NCBI GenBank assembly: GCA_012295275.1
Contig: CM022673.1
Coordinates: 25,978,001-26,042,000 of the forward strand
Length of the DNA stretch: 64,000 bases
DNA from: Chrysomallon squamiferum
Taxonomy: Eukaryota > Animalia > Mollusca
Reading direction: 5' to 3'
The notes below the pieces were generated by a model. The model was not told where the DNA came from. It made no database searches and worked only from the letters and a program-made list of their open reading frames with translations. Position numbers and translations under genes: made by a program. Positions within the stretch are counted from its first letter, which is position 1. Each line of letters opens with the position of its first letter. Shown here in pieces: positions 52,117-64,000 of this stretch.

Positions 52117-53917
52117 TAATAATAAATAATAATAATAAGAAGAAGAAGAAGAAGAAGAAAAGAATTAAGAAAAAAAATTAAAAAGGAAAAAAAAATAAAA
52201 ATAAATATCAAGAACTACAACAAAGTTATATTCAAACCTATCCATGGATTTTTTAAAAAAATTTAAATTATTTTTTTTATTTTGTTCATCAGTTAATTTG
52301 TCGACTAACAGTTTTCATTAATTTGTCAGCACTGAAGTAAATTTATCCACACATTTTTATACATATCATGGTTTGCTTTGATCTTTTTTTCATAAAAGGC
52401 TGATTGTCTGAAATTTCTCGAGCATTTATCGATAACTGGCCAGGAATAAAAATTCTTAACGATCCTCCGTATTGTTTATTTATAAAACAAAAAAAGTAAT
52501 ATAAATACTAAAAACCAAAACCAAAAAAACAACAACAAACAAACAAACAAAGAAAAAACAACCTTTCATCTCTACCAGTCATAATTGTTAATTATACGTT
52601 TGTAGCAGATTATGAAAATGTTTACGTCAAGTCGTTAAAAGTTGCTTTTATTATTTTTATCGGATGATTATTTTCCGCAGCTAATGAAATCGTATACGGC
52701 TTGCTGGCAACGCAATAAAATAATTCAACTTTAAATAATCATACACAATAATTAATTTCAAAAACGCTGTGTTGTTCGTATATTACAATAATATATTCAT
52801 ATTTTACGCGACAAGACAAACTGATAGACAGTCATCTACTACGAGTCCAACGTTGAACAAAACATTAATCAGGAGCAAAAAAAAAAAAAAAAAAAGAAAG
52901 AAGAAGAAACAAAACCCATTAGAAATTATGAATGTGACTCTTGATCTAAAGGAGAATAACTGCTATGCTGTATATTCAGTATATTCCACGTAACCAGCAA
53001 TTTTATACCATTCCACTAACGTTGACTTAAAATAAAGACGCCGTACGACATGGTTTCAGAGTAGTGTTATTAAATATTAGTTTTAGTACTAGGCGCAAAA
53101 TGTGTGTAACAAAAATGATTTTTCAGACTTCTATATCTTCTCATACATCTTTAATAACTATAAACATTTAGTTGTTTTTGTTATTGTCGTTGTTGTTGTT
53201 GTTGTTTTCATTTTAATTTCTCTAAAATCTATCCACAGACGTCTTCTGTCATTCTTTAATATGAAATAAAATATTAAAATTAAGAATCTTGAAATCAACA
53301 TGCACACACGCACACACACCCACACACACATCCTAGACAAAATAGTAACTATAAAACAAAACTTAGAAAGCAAATTTAAAAAAATTAAAATAATTTAATA
53401 GCCGTAACAATATTAATGATTATGATGACGATAATGACAATTTTGACAAATGTTTAAATAAAAACAAGATTTAAATAAAATAAAATAAAATAAAATAAAA
53501 TAAAGCAGACTGCCCGACTTATCTCGCTTCCTGCTTATCTCCTAACGATTAGAAAACGTTGATCTCGTAGAAGACTGTTTGCAGTGTTATATTTAATCTG
53601 TGGCAAAGGCGTTCTGTGATATTGTTTTGTTTTTACGCAAGTGAGACTGACTGTGAATTAGTTTCAGTAAGGCCACCTGAGACCGAATAAAAACCAGCCC
53701 TTGCCTCTAATATTAACCTTATTTAATTAGATAATCAAAGGTAGTGCATGCTAGGAACCGCCCAGCCGAATCACATCGATAGTGACATTTGCACGACGTG
53801 TTCTTTTATACTTCATTTTCCAATATCGTTTATATTAAGACAACCACTAGAAAGATAGTCTTATTAATAATAAAAATGCATCAAGCAAAAATTTGTTTAA
53901 AAAAGTAATAATAATAA

Positions 53918-53950
<33 letters not shown>

Positions 53951-54004
53951 TGTTGTAAAATTGGTAAGACCGTACTTCGTATATATTATTATACACTGAC
54001 TGTC

Positions 54005-55435
54005 ATGTTTTCTACGTCAAAGAAATACAAGAATACGTACATATTTTTAAAAAGTGAAACTTTTTGGTTTAACGTACTTACTACGTCAAATAAATACTAG
54101 AATACGTATATATTTTTAAAAAGTGAAACCTTGGTTAACATATTTTCTACGTCAAAGAAATACTAGAATACGTATATATTTTTAAAAAGTGAAACTACGT
54201 TTAAAAAGCTTTCTACTTCAAAGAAATACTAGTATATGTATATATTTATAAAAAATGAAACTGTCTTTAACATGCTTTCTACGTTAAAGAAATACTAGAA
54301 TACGTATATATTATTAAAAAGTGAACTTTGTTTAACATGGTTTCTATGTCAAAGAAACAGGAGAATACGAATATATTTTTAAAATGTGAAACTTTGTTTA
54401 ACATGCTTTCTACCTCAAAGAATACTAGAATACGCAGATATTTTTAAATGTGAAACTTTGTTAACACGCTTTCTACGTCAAATAAATACTAGAATACGTA
54501 TATATTTTCAAAAAGTGATACTTTTTTGTTTAACTTACTACGTTAAATTACTACGTTATATTTCAAAATGTGAAACTTTGTTTAATATGCTTTCTACGTC
54601 AAAGAAATACTAGAATACGTATATATTTTTAAAATGTGAAACTTTGTTTAAAATGCTTTCTAAGTCAAAGAAATACTAGAATACGTATATATTTTCAAAA
54701 AGTGATACTTTTTTGTTTAACTTACTACGTTAAATTACTACGTTATATTTTAAAATGTGAAACTTTGTTTAATATGCTTTCTACGTCAAAGAAATACTAG
54801 AATACGCAGATATTTTTAAAAAGTGAAACTTTGTTAACTTGCTTTCTACGTCAAAGAAATACTAGAATACCTATATATTTTTAAAATGTGAAACCTTTTT
54901 AACATGCTTTCTACGTCAAAGAAATACTGGAATACGTATATATATATTATTAAAAAGTGAACTTTATTTAATTGCTTTCTACGTCAAAGAAATACTAATA
55001 TAAATATACATTTTTAAAAAGTATACATTTTCAAAAAAAGAATGAAATTTTTGTTTATTTAATTACTTACTACGTCAAAGAAATACTAGAATACGTATAT
55101 ATTTTCAAAAAGTGAAACCTTGGTTAACATGCTTTCTACGTCAAAGAAATACTAGAATAAATATATATTTTTAAAAAGTGAAACATTGGTTAACATGCTT
55201 TCTAAGTCAAAGAAATATTAGAATAAGTATATATTTTTAAAATGTGAAACTTTGTTTAACATGCTTTCTAAGTCAAAGAAATATTAGAATACATATATAT
55301 TTTTAAATGTGAACATTTGTTTAACATGCTTTCTACGTCAAAGAAATACTAGAATGCGTGTATATATCTTTAAAAAGTGAAACTTTTTCAACGTGTTTTC
55401 TACGTAAAAGAAAATACTAGAATATGTATATATTT
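54005..55435 (+). repeat. ~65-bp minisatellite, roughly 21-22 copies, with a repeated variant unit
   Basis: Consensus TTCTACGTCAAAGAAATACTAGAATACGTATATATTTTTAAAAAGTGAAACTTTGTTTAACATGCT. Confidence 0.95.
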
Positions 55436-55465
55436 CTGAACATATAAACGGTTTCGGTTTTTTTA

Positions 55466-55552
<87 letters not shown>

Positions 55553-55844
55553 CATAATAAGGTAACAGTCAGGACGATTTTAACATGCGAAGTGCTGTAG
55601 ACATTTTGTACATCAATGAAATATTGAAAAAGCATGTTTTGTATATGTCCATTCTTAATTTCTTTATGAGATTGTAAGAAGATATTTGTTATCGAAGCTT
55701 CAGAACTGGATTAATTATTTACTACATCTCTCTGATAAAGAATTAATAACTTTTAAAAATAATCGTATCATGTATAAATTCCACTTTAAAATATAGACGT
55801 GTATGTTTTATAGATGTTATAAGTGTCAGGCACATTTTTTTGAA

Positions 55845-56002
<158 letters not shown>

Positions 56003-58125
56003 TCTACCAGAAAACAAACACACCCACCAGAAAACAAACACACACACACCCACACCCACACCCACACCCACACCCACACCCACACATACACACACAAACA
56101 CAAACCCACATAAAAAGACAAAAAAAAAATACAACAACAAAAAACCTACACATATACATATGTTAGATATAACCAAATGACAAAGCGCACGCATGGTGGT
56201 ATAATTATTAATGTTAGTGGTTCATTAGGCAACATTACTCATCAGGACATCATAAGCCGAGGTGGGGAAGTGCATATAAAATATACTTTGCTACTAATCG
56301 GAAAAAAAACAGCGAGTTTCTTTTGAAAAATAACGAGTGCGTTCTTTTAGAGTCGTTAAACAATAATGAATGCATAATGCCTCTTATTTTAATTATTTGG
56401 CAGAGAAACAGAGTATAATACGGAATATTGAATATTTATGGAATTTTGCACTTCAAAACCTAATAGCGACAGAAAACTATAGTTACATTTTTTCAAATTG
56501 AATTAAAGAATACTTTGGGAAGTAAAAACTGGAGCATTGTCGGTATTTTCACAATTTAGAATCCATTAAGAAAATACGTAACACAGATTGATTGAAAGCA
56601 GGAGCAGTGTAAATGCGTTTCCTTTTGTGTGGTACTTGAGGCTGTTTACCGTCTTTAGAACTATGAGCTTTGGAAGGAAGATTCTGCTCACGAATATTAT
56701 ATTTAATTAATGAATTAATCGGACATTTTTCAGTAGCGAATCCATACTGAGAGTCCTGAGAAATATCTCACATACGTCTTAAGTGATCGTCTTGAATCAC
56801 GTGCCAGCCTGTGAGAATTATTAATAAGAAACACTGAGTGAAAAAACCGAGTACAAATAAAAATAATTAATTATTTTGTATATATGATTATTAGATCTGC
56901 GGCGAAAAGACTGCTGTATGTTGCAGAAATAAGTCATTTTAAAAGTCGCTGTATTCATACAGTGGCTAAAACACATTCTTAATAAATCTAATCAAGAAGA
57001 AGTGTTGTAAAAGTGTTGTAAAAGAAAAAGCAGCAGGCAAAGTTTTATAGATATTAATACAACATATCGAAGCAAAAGGCTAGTTTATCGTAATTCACCT
57101 TTTTGTTTAACAAAATTGTATCCTTACAGTTGTTCTTTAAAAGTTTGAATTATGAATTCAATCTATTTAAATGATTCCTATCCTGTCGCTCCACAGCTAA
57201 CTTTTTGAATTACGATCCTGATCAAATAATGAAAGATCCTTAGTAAACCGATCACTATGGCTTGAATTACGATCTTGAAAAAACAAAAAATGATTCTTTA
57301 CGTTTTACCATATATCTTTAAAATATCCTACAGAATTATGAGCAACAAAAAGGCACACTCTAAATAGTTTACCGTATAGCTTTAGAAATAACTTTTTGAA
57401 TTAAAACGCTGGATAAAAACAACAACAACAACAACAACAACAAAAACAATTAAAAAAAATAAAAAATAAAAGAAAAGGTAAGAAAGAAAGAAAAATAAAA
57501 AGGAAAATAGTCTGTTTAAAATGATCCCTAACGTTTAAAGTGTCGCTTTAAAAGTATCTTATTGAATTATGACCTTTGTAACGATATGTGTGCTTAAAAT
57601 GATCCTATATCGCGTTACTTCGTATCTTCGCTGTTTATGTAAATGTGCTCATAGTTCTTTACACATTCATTTAACAGTTTTAGAAATGATTGTTCTAAGA
57701 CAACTTGAATGTTCGACATTATTTTATACTGATCAGGAAAAAGGTAAAGGAAAAAAAAAACAAGAAAGAAGAAAAGATATGGTTTTGTTGTTATTCTGTA
57801 TAGTTTATCATTAAATATCTTGCTTCCTTTACATCTGCTAAAATATATTTTATCAGCGAACATTTTTAGAATCTGAATAAACATATGTATCCAGAATGAA
57901 GAACTTCTAAGGTCGAACACAGAATTTTAATGTTTACTAAAAGATGAAAATAACTGGAATAATAGATGAAATATTTTGAGAAAATCTAATTATTTGCATT
58001 CGGCTGCTCTTAATAAAAAAATACTTCATTGCCACTGCTACTACTCCAACTACTAACACCACCACCACCATTACTACTACTACGACTACCACTATCACCA
58101 CCACCACTACTAATACTGCTACTTC

Positions 58126-58158
<33 letters not shown>

Positions 58159-58353
58159 AAATAAGAAGACGAAGAAGAAAAAGTAGAGCAAATATTGTAA
58201 TCATCATCATCGTCATCATCGACATTATAATTATCATCATTATCAATACAATCTTGCTATTATTATTACTACTACAGAAATATATACACATACGTACATA
58301 CATACATACATACATACTACTACTACTACTACAACTACTACTACTACCACCAC

Positions 58354-58437
<84 letters not shown>

Positions 58438-58923
58438 TTTATTGATAAAGTTTTGGTTATTTAAGAAATTTGATATCAGACACATGATACATAACTGTGT
58501 AAAATAAAAGAAAATAGTAATAATAAATTTTACAAAAGAAATAAAAAGAAGATAATACAATTCGGATATATCTGCGAGCTTACCGCTGTGTTTGCTGGAC
58601 ACATCCTGCTTAACAGAACATATTTCTAATATGCAAAGCTAGAAGTTAAATAAAAGCCGCTAATTACAGATACTGAATAATTACATTTGCCAACCCGTAG
58701 ATTCATTTCCGTGCGTCAATTGTACTGGTAAATTGGTCATCTGACAGAGAACGTATTGAAATGTAACATTATACACATATACGGATATGAAAAGTATTCT
58801 TGAGATGTTCCTTTAATATAGTTTAAATTAGATGCGAGGTTATGAGTAGGCAACTGTCTGCATTTTAAATGACGGAACTGAAATAAGAAATTAAAAGAAA
58901 ACAAAAACAAGGCTTTTATTTTG

Positions 58924-58992
<69 letters not shown>

Positions 58993-59669
58993 TTTTTTTT
59001 TTTATTTTTTTTTTTTTTTGAAGAAATCGTATTTTAGGTTGTCATATTTTATTTATTTATTTATTTATTGACTTTATTTAATATTAAACTAGCAATTAAA
59101 TGAAGAATGATAAATGGTGAAACAAAATTCTATTTTATTTATTATTGTTTTCAATGAATAAAAATATATTTTAATGTTTGTTTTTTGGTTGTTTGTTTTT
59201 TTTAAATTCTGTTTTATAGTAACAGTAGTATCCTTTATCACAAATGAAGCATGTTTCAATTACACCTATTGAACTTTGCACAGACAGCATCGACACACTA
59301 TTTACTTTAACACATCAGTCAAAGAACGCTGTCTGTAACGGGATAATAAGCTACACTGAGGTCGTATTGCATTCATTCATATAGACAAATAATTCCTAAA
59401 ATTATTAACTTTAAAAACCAACAGAGAAAAGGTTATGGTAATTTATATTACATTTCAAGCCGCATCCCACAAGTTTGTTGATTTTCTCATTAAATTAATT
59501 TACTTTATTAAATTTATTTGTCTAAGCCTGAGAAATAAAGACAAATTTATTTTTCATTAGTCGAGATTTCTTTTAAAGACACAACCAATACTCTGCCCTT
59601 ATTTTATTTTATTTTTATTTCTTTATTATTTCTAATTTTTTAAAGAAAAAGAATAGTTATGGTATCAAG

Positions 59670-59715
<46 letters not shown>

Positions 59716-61336
59716 AAATAACCCCTCATAAAACAATCTAAAAACAAGAGTGTGGGGATAAACATGTTTCGAAAGTGAAGTTATCGTGACAGAATTAAAA
59801 GAAGAAAGTATACAGTATGGATATCAGCGTAACAAAATGAAATTGTCAGTAGAAAGCCGATGCTTGATACGTTTTTCGATCTGCACGCGAGAGAGATTTC
59901 TTCAAATTTGGCAGATTAATCGGAAGAACATCTTTGTATTTTTATGTTAAAAATATATAAAATGTTTCAAATTTGAAAACATTTGCACCGTTCGACCATA
60001 ATTTTACAGACAGTTGTAACTGTGAACTGGTATTACTCGTTGTTTTTTTTAATTTGGATTCGGCATTATCTTGTAACCTCAAAAACAAAGTTGGTGCTTT
60101 TTGCCAAATGTCCTCAGCTTGACCAAAATGTGACTGTTTGCAGGAACAAAACGACTTGTAATAGAAAGAGTTTAATAATTTCAGAGAAAACATCGAGAAC
60201 AGCGATAGTGCCGACCAGATTCGTGCAACATAAACTAGTAAAACCGAGATACTATCTGGAACGCAACTGTATCTGACCTAATTAACTGAAATAATCTCTT
60301 CGTGTTATGTTCATAACAAGATAAAATTCTCACTGATGGTTTTCAGTCAAACACAAAATTAAAAAAAATTAACGTCTCCTTAAAAAATCTCATCTTAATA
60401 AACAAAAAGAAGCAATGTCCAGATTTTAATATTTTTCTTCACGAGTAAAAAAAAAAAAAAAAAAAAAATGTGAAAAATACGAACATTCTGCAAATTATAA
60501 TTACATTAAAGTCATTAGTTTGAAAAAAAAAAAAAAAAAAAAAATCATCTTCCATTCATTTCTTAAATATTATATCATTTGAATTCAGTAAATATTTGTT
60601 TTTTTTCAGTGATAAATGTAAAAGCGATCCGAGTCAATACGCGGTGTAAATGGAATTCAGACACTGAATAGCGACAAGTTAAGGAAATCACATAACACTG
60701 TGGAATCGACTGGGAACAGTAAATGAATGAATGAATATTAAACAACAAACAAAACATGGAAGAAATACGGGGTGTAAATAAAACCAGTCAAGGTGACGCA
60801 GTGGTTTTTATCATAGCTTGTTGTGTGATATCCCGTTCCAACCAGTACTTTATGACTGATTTATAAAAGTGCGTGGTATGTCCTACTCTTTCTTTATTTT
60901 AATTATTATTATTGATGTTATTGTTATTGTTTCTTGTTATTGTTATTGTTATTATGTTTCCTTATTTATTTATTTAACTATTAGTACACATAAAATGATA
61001 TTAAGCCTACATTAAAAGCAATGACAGACCAATAATAATGCAGTTACGTAGTTAACACATTCACGAATGTGATAACACAAGCGACAATAGACGCTAAGCC
61101 GGAGATCAAGTGGGTAATACAGTCACTAGCGCTGTCAGTGCATTTCCGTTAATTCGCAGAACAATGCATTTCTAGTGTTTGATAATCGACTCTGTAAACA
61201 CTGCATCGAGAATCAGGAAACACGAAGTACAGAGAATATTTGTCTTATGTAAATATTCCACTGACAATTTACCTTTTAATTCCTATCAAGTAATTCCACA
61301 GTTTTTAACTGAGAAGAAAAACAGACACGACGATAG

Positions 61337-61381
<45 letters not shown>

Positions 61382-61759
61382 AATTGGACAACTCTCATAG
61401 ATCATTTCGACCACAGGCTGTTGTTGATGGATGAACATTTTCAGATATGAAAACAAATGTATTCTGCAAATGTTAACGGCGAATATCTTTATGATGTATA
61501 GCATATTTAAATTTAATTTTTGTTAGTAATGTTTTATAAAGCTGAACATTTAATATATATGTCTGTGTATGTGTATGTGCATATTAAGAATGTATGCGCG
61601 TGATTATCTATGTATATATGTTTGGATAGATGGATGGATGGGTGTGTAAATATAGATGAATGGGCTTGTCTGTGTATGTAGTTTAGGATTTTGAATATTC
61701 TCTGTCGTAAAGTACGTTTGATTAGACAATGCATTCGGAGACAATATTCGGGAATGTAT

Positions 61760-61846
61760 TGCCGCTGACGAGACTCGAACGTATGACACCCATTCACCCG
61801 CACGCCGAAGGCGGACGACATTACCGTTCGGCCATCGAGACAGCCT
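61760..61846 (-). mobile_element. tRNA-derived SINE head or tRNA-like pseudogene (copy 2)
   Basis: A-box TGGCCGAACGG (61834-61824) and B-box GTTCGAGTC (61780-61772). No clean cloverleaf with a paired acceptor stem was found. Confidence 0.6.
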
Positions 61847-62551
61847 TTGTATATATATGTATATATGTATGTACGTCTGTCTGTCTGTATGTCTATATTT
61901 ATGTATGTATGTTTGTATGTATGTATGTATGTATGTACGTCCGTATGTACTTATGTATGTATATATGCATGTACGTATGTATGTAAATATGAATGTATGT
62001 ACGTATGTAGTATGTGCGTGAGTATCTATGTTTGGATAGATGGATGGACTGTGGAAAGATGCGTGTGCGTGCATACGTAAATATGGGTGGATGTGTGTGT
62101 TCATGTATGCATGTATGTACGTATGTATATAAATGTATGTATGTATGTATGTACGTATGTATATATATGTATGTATATATGTATGTACGTATGTATGTAT
62201 GTATGTATGTATGTATGTATGTATGTATGTATGTATTTATGTATGTATGTATGTATTTATGTATGTATGTATTTATGTATTACATGAATATGTGTGTAAG
62301 TATTTATCAATTAGACATAACATTCACAATTTACAGAAATCTGAAATCTATGTTAGACACCGTTATAACTAAAATATGAATAAAGGAATATAATTCATTC
62401 ATTCGTTCAAAAATGTGGTGATATTCTCTAACTGCTCTTGTCAATAAAAATTTTAAAATAACAATAAGAAGAAAAGAAACAAGAATAGACATCAGTTCTT
62501 TAAAAGAAAAATAAATACAACAAACAACAATTAACGCCAAAACAAACAAAA

Positions 62552-62587
<36 letters not shown>

Positions 62588-63251
62588 CGGAGATTTTTCA
62601 AAAAATAAGTATCTCATTTAAACGAAACGAAATGCTTAAGTAAGTCTAATTGGTTAATAATTAAAAATTTAAATGTCTGAAAAGCTGTATTTAAAATAAT
62701 GTACTTTAGAGGTGGCCTAAATGAAATATTTTTAACCACAGCAGTTTGTCAAATTGCTTCGGACAAGTCTCAGGCCCCAAAAAGCCTAAAATAACCACAC
62801 TATTATTTTCACGCAGCATTTTGGGAGTAACTGTAATGATGAAGTCTTTTTCGGTTTTTGTTTTACAATATCTGCGTAATATGCAGAGGCGGAGAATGTT
62901 TAGCAGAAAGAGAAACTTTAACTTTTGACTTGTTAACGTAAAAAACGAGAAATATATATATTAGCTTTTTAACTGCATAAAAATCCCCCCAAAAAACAAA
63001 CATATGTAATTGTTCTAAATACTAGACGCATCTTCCTATAACTTAATAAATCCTTTTTCTTTTATAAAAAAAAAAAAAAAAATTCTGCTAATAAAATATA
63101 ACTGCACCACCAAATACCGGCGTTTATTAGAAAAATATATTTAATTTTTGTATACATTTTATATATATTTTTGTATATATGTGTATGCATGTATTTAGGT
63201 AGATAGGTAGGTAGGTAAGTATATATGTGTGTGTATTTATGTATATATGTA

Positions 63252-63295
<44 letters not shown>

Positions 63296-63898
63296 CATAT
63301 ATACGAATGAAAATGTATACTGGAAATACAGACAAACAATAAAAAAAAAATTCTTATTGTGTAAATACATATTTTTTTTTTTCCAAAAGTTCATTTAACT
63401 CTTCAAATTCTTAAGAATGATGTTTTATTAAACAGTCGCAGAAAAAGAATATTAAATTATTAGTTTTTCTAAATTCACATTTCTGATTATACATATATCC
63501 ACAAACAAATAACTTAAACTGTTGAAACACAGTCAGTTCCACTAAAATGCTATTTAAAAAAATGAAGCGAGATCGTTTTACATTATCATAAACAGTGAAA
63601 CAATAAACTTTACAAGTTTAAACCTAAATTTTTCTCAAATTTTTAAACATATCTATAACTGACGATGAAGTTAATAAAATTATTAATAAACTTTATCAGT
63701 CAAATTTTATAGCAAAGTAACACACACCCACCTACGTGCGCGCGCGCGTGTGTGTGTGTGTGTATATATATATATTAGATAAATAGATTGATAGATACGT
63801 ATGTATGTACATTTTAAATGATACATTACCATAAAAGTTTTAAAAAAAAGAAAAAAAAGAGAAGAAGACGAAGAAGAAGAAGAAGAATTAAACTTTAC

Positions 63899-64000
63899 CT
63901 GGACAAAATAAAATGTTCTCCGACGACGGCTTATATTATCATTTGAATGAAGACGTCAGCCACTGAATAGTTCCAACTCGTTTCACCTACTTCAAGAGCG
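63899..64000 (-). other. Possible upstream non-coding exon of the calcitonin gene
   Basis: Donor CCAG|GTAAAG at 63898. The signal-peptide exon has an acceptor, so an upstream exon must exist, but this is only one candidate. Confidence 0.25.

Noticed and set aside
54005-55435. Regularly spaced repeats as a CRISPR array
   Set aside because: Units repeat along their whole length with no unique spacers, there are no cas genes, and the context is eukaryotic.
59942-60276. Overlapping 83- and 97-aa ORFs
   Set aside because: No homology recognised, no splice signals, and one has a non-ATG start.
61760-61846. Functional tRNA gene
   Set aside because: A and B boxes are present, but there is no paired acceptor stem or poly-T terminator, and the paralogue has indels. 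Called SINE-like instead.

Overview
AT-rich, microsatellite-dense eukaryotic DNA. The Kv1 protein and neuropeptide point to a mollusc, possibly a cephalopod; the species cannot be fixed from sequence. Three protein-coding genes can be rebuilt by hand, and the ORF track shows only one of them. (1) U1 snRNP 70K (SNRNP70), - strand: five coding exons from 11351 to 68, continuing off the left edge. (2) A Shaker/Kv1 potassium channel, + strand, 12443-13999, head-to-head with SNRNP70. (3) A three-exon calcitonin-type neuropeptide precursor, - strand, 50517-48179. The main finding is the Kv1 5' architecture. An internal phase-2 splice acceptor sits at R|SFPK, the same place Drosophila Shaker joins its alternative N-termini. 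Several phase-compatible upstream exons could feed it, and the best one (9547-9917) lies antisense inside SNRNP70 intron 2, so the two genes appear interleaved. The same divergent Kv1/SNRNP70 pair exists in human (KCNA7-SNRNP70). The right half contains a tandem duplication (~37.8-44.3 kb vs ~45.0-63.2 kb) with a decayed second calcitonin copy, four DNA-transposon MITEs or fragments, tRNA-derived SINE heads and minisatellites. All splice models are manual inferences and need transcript data.
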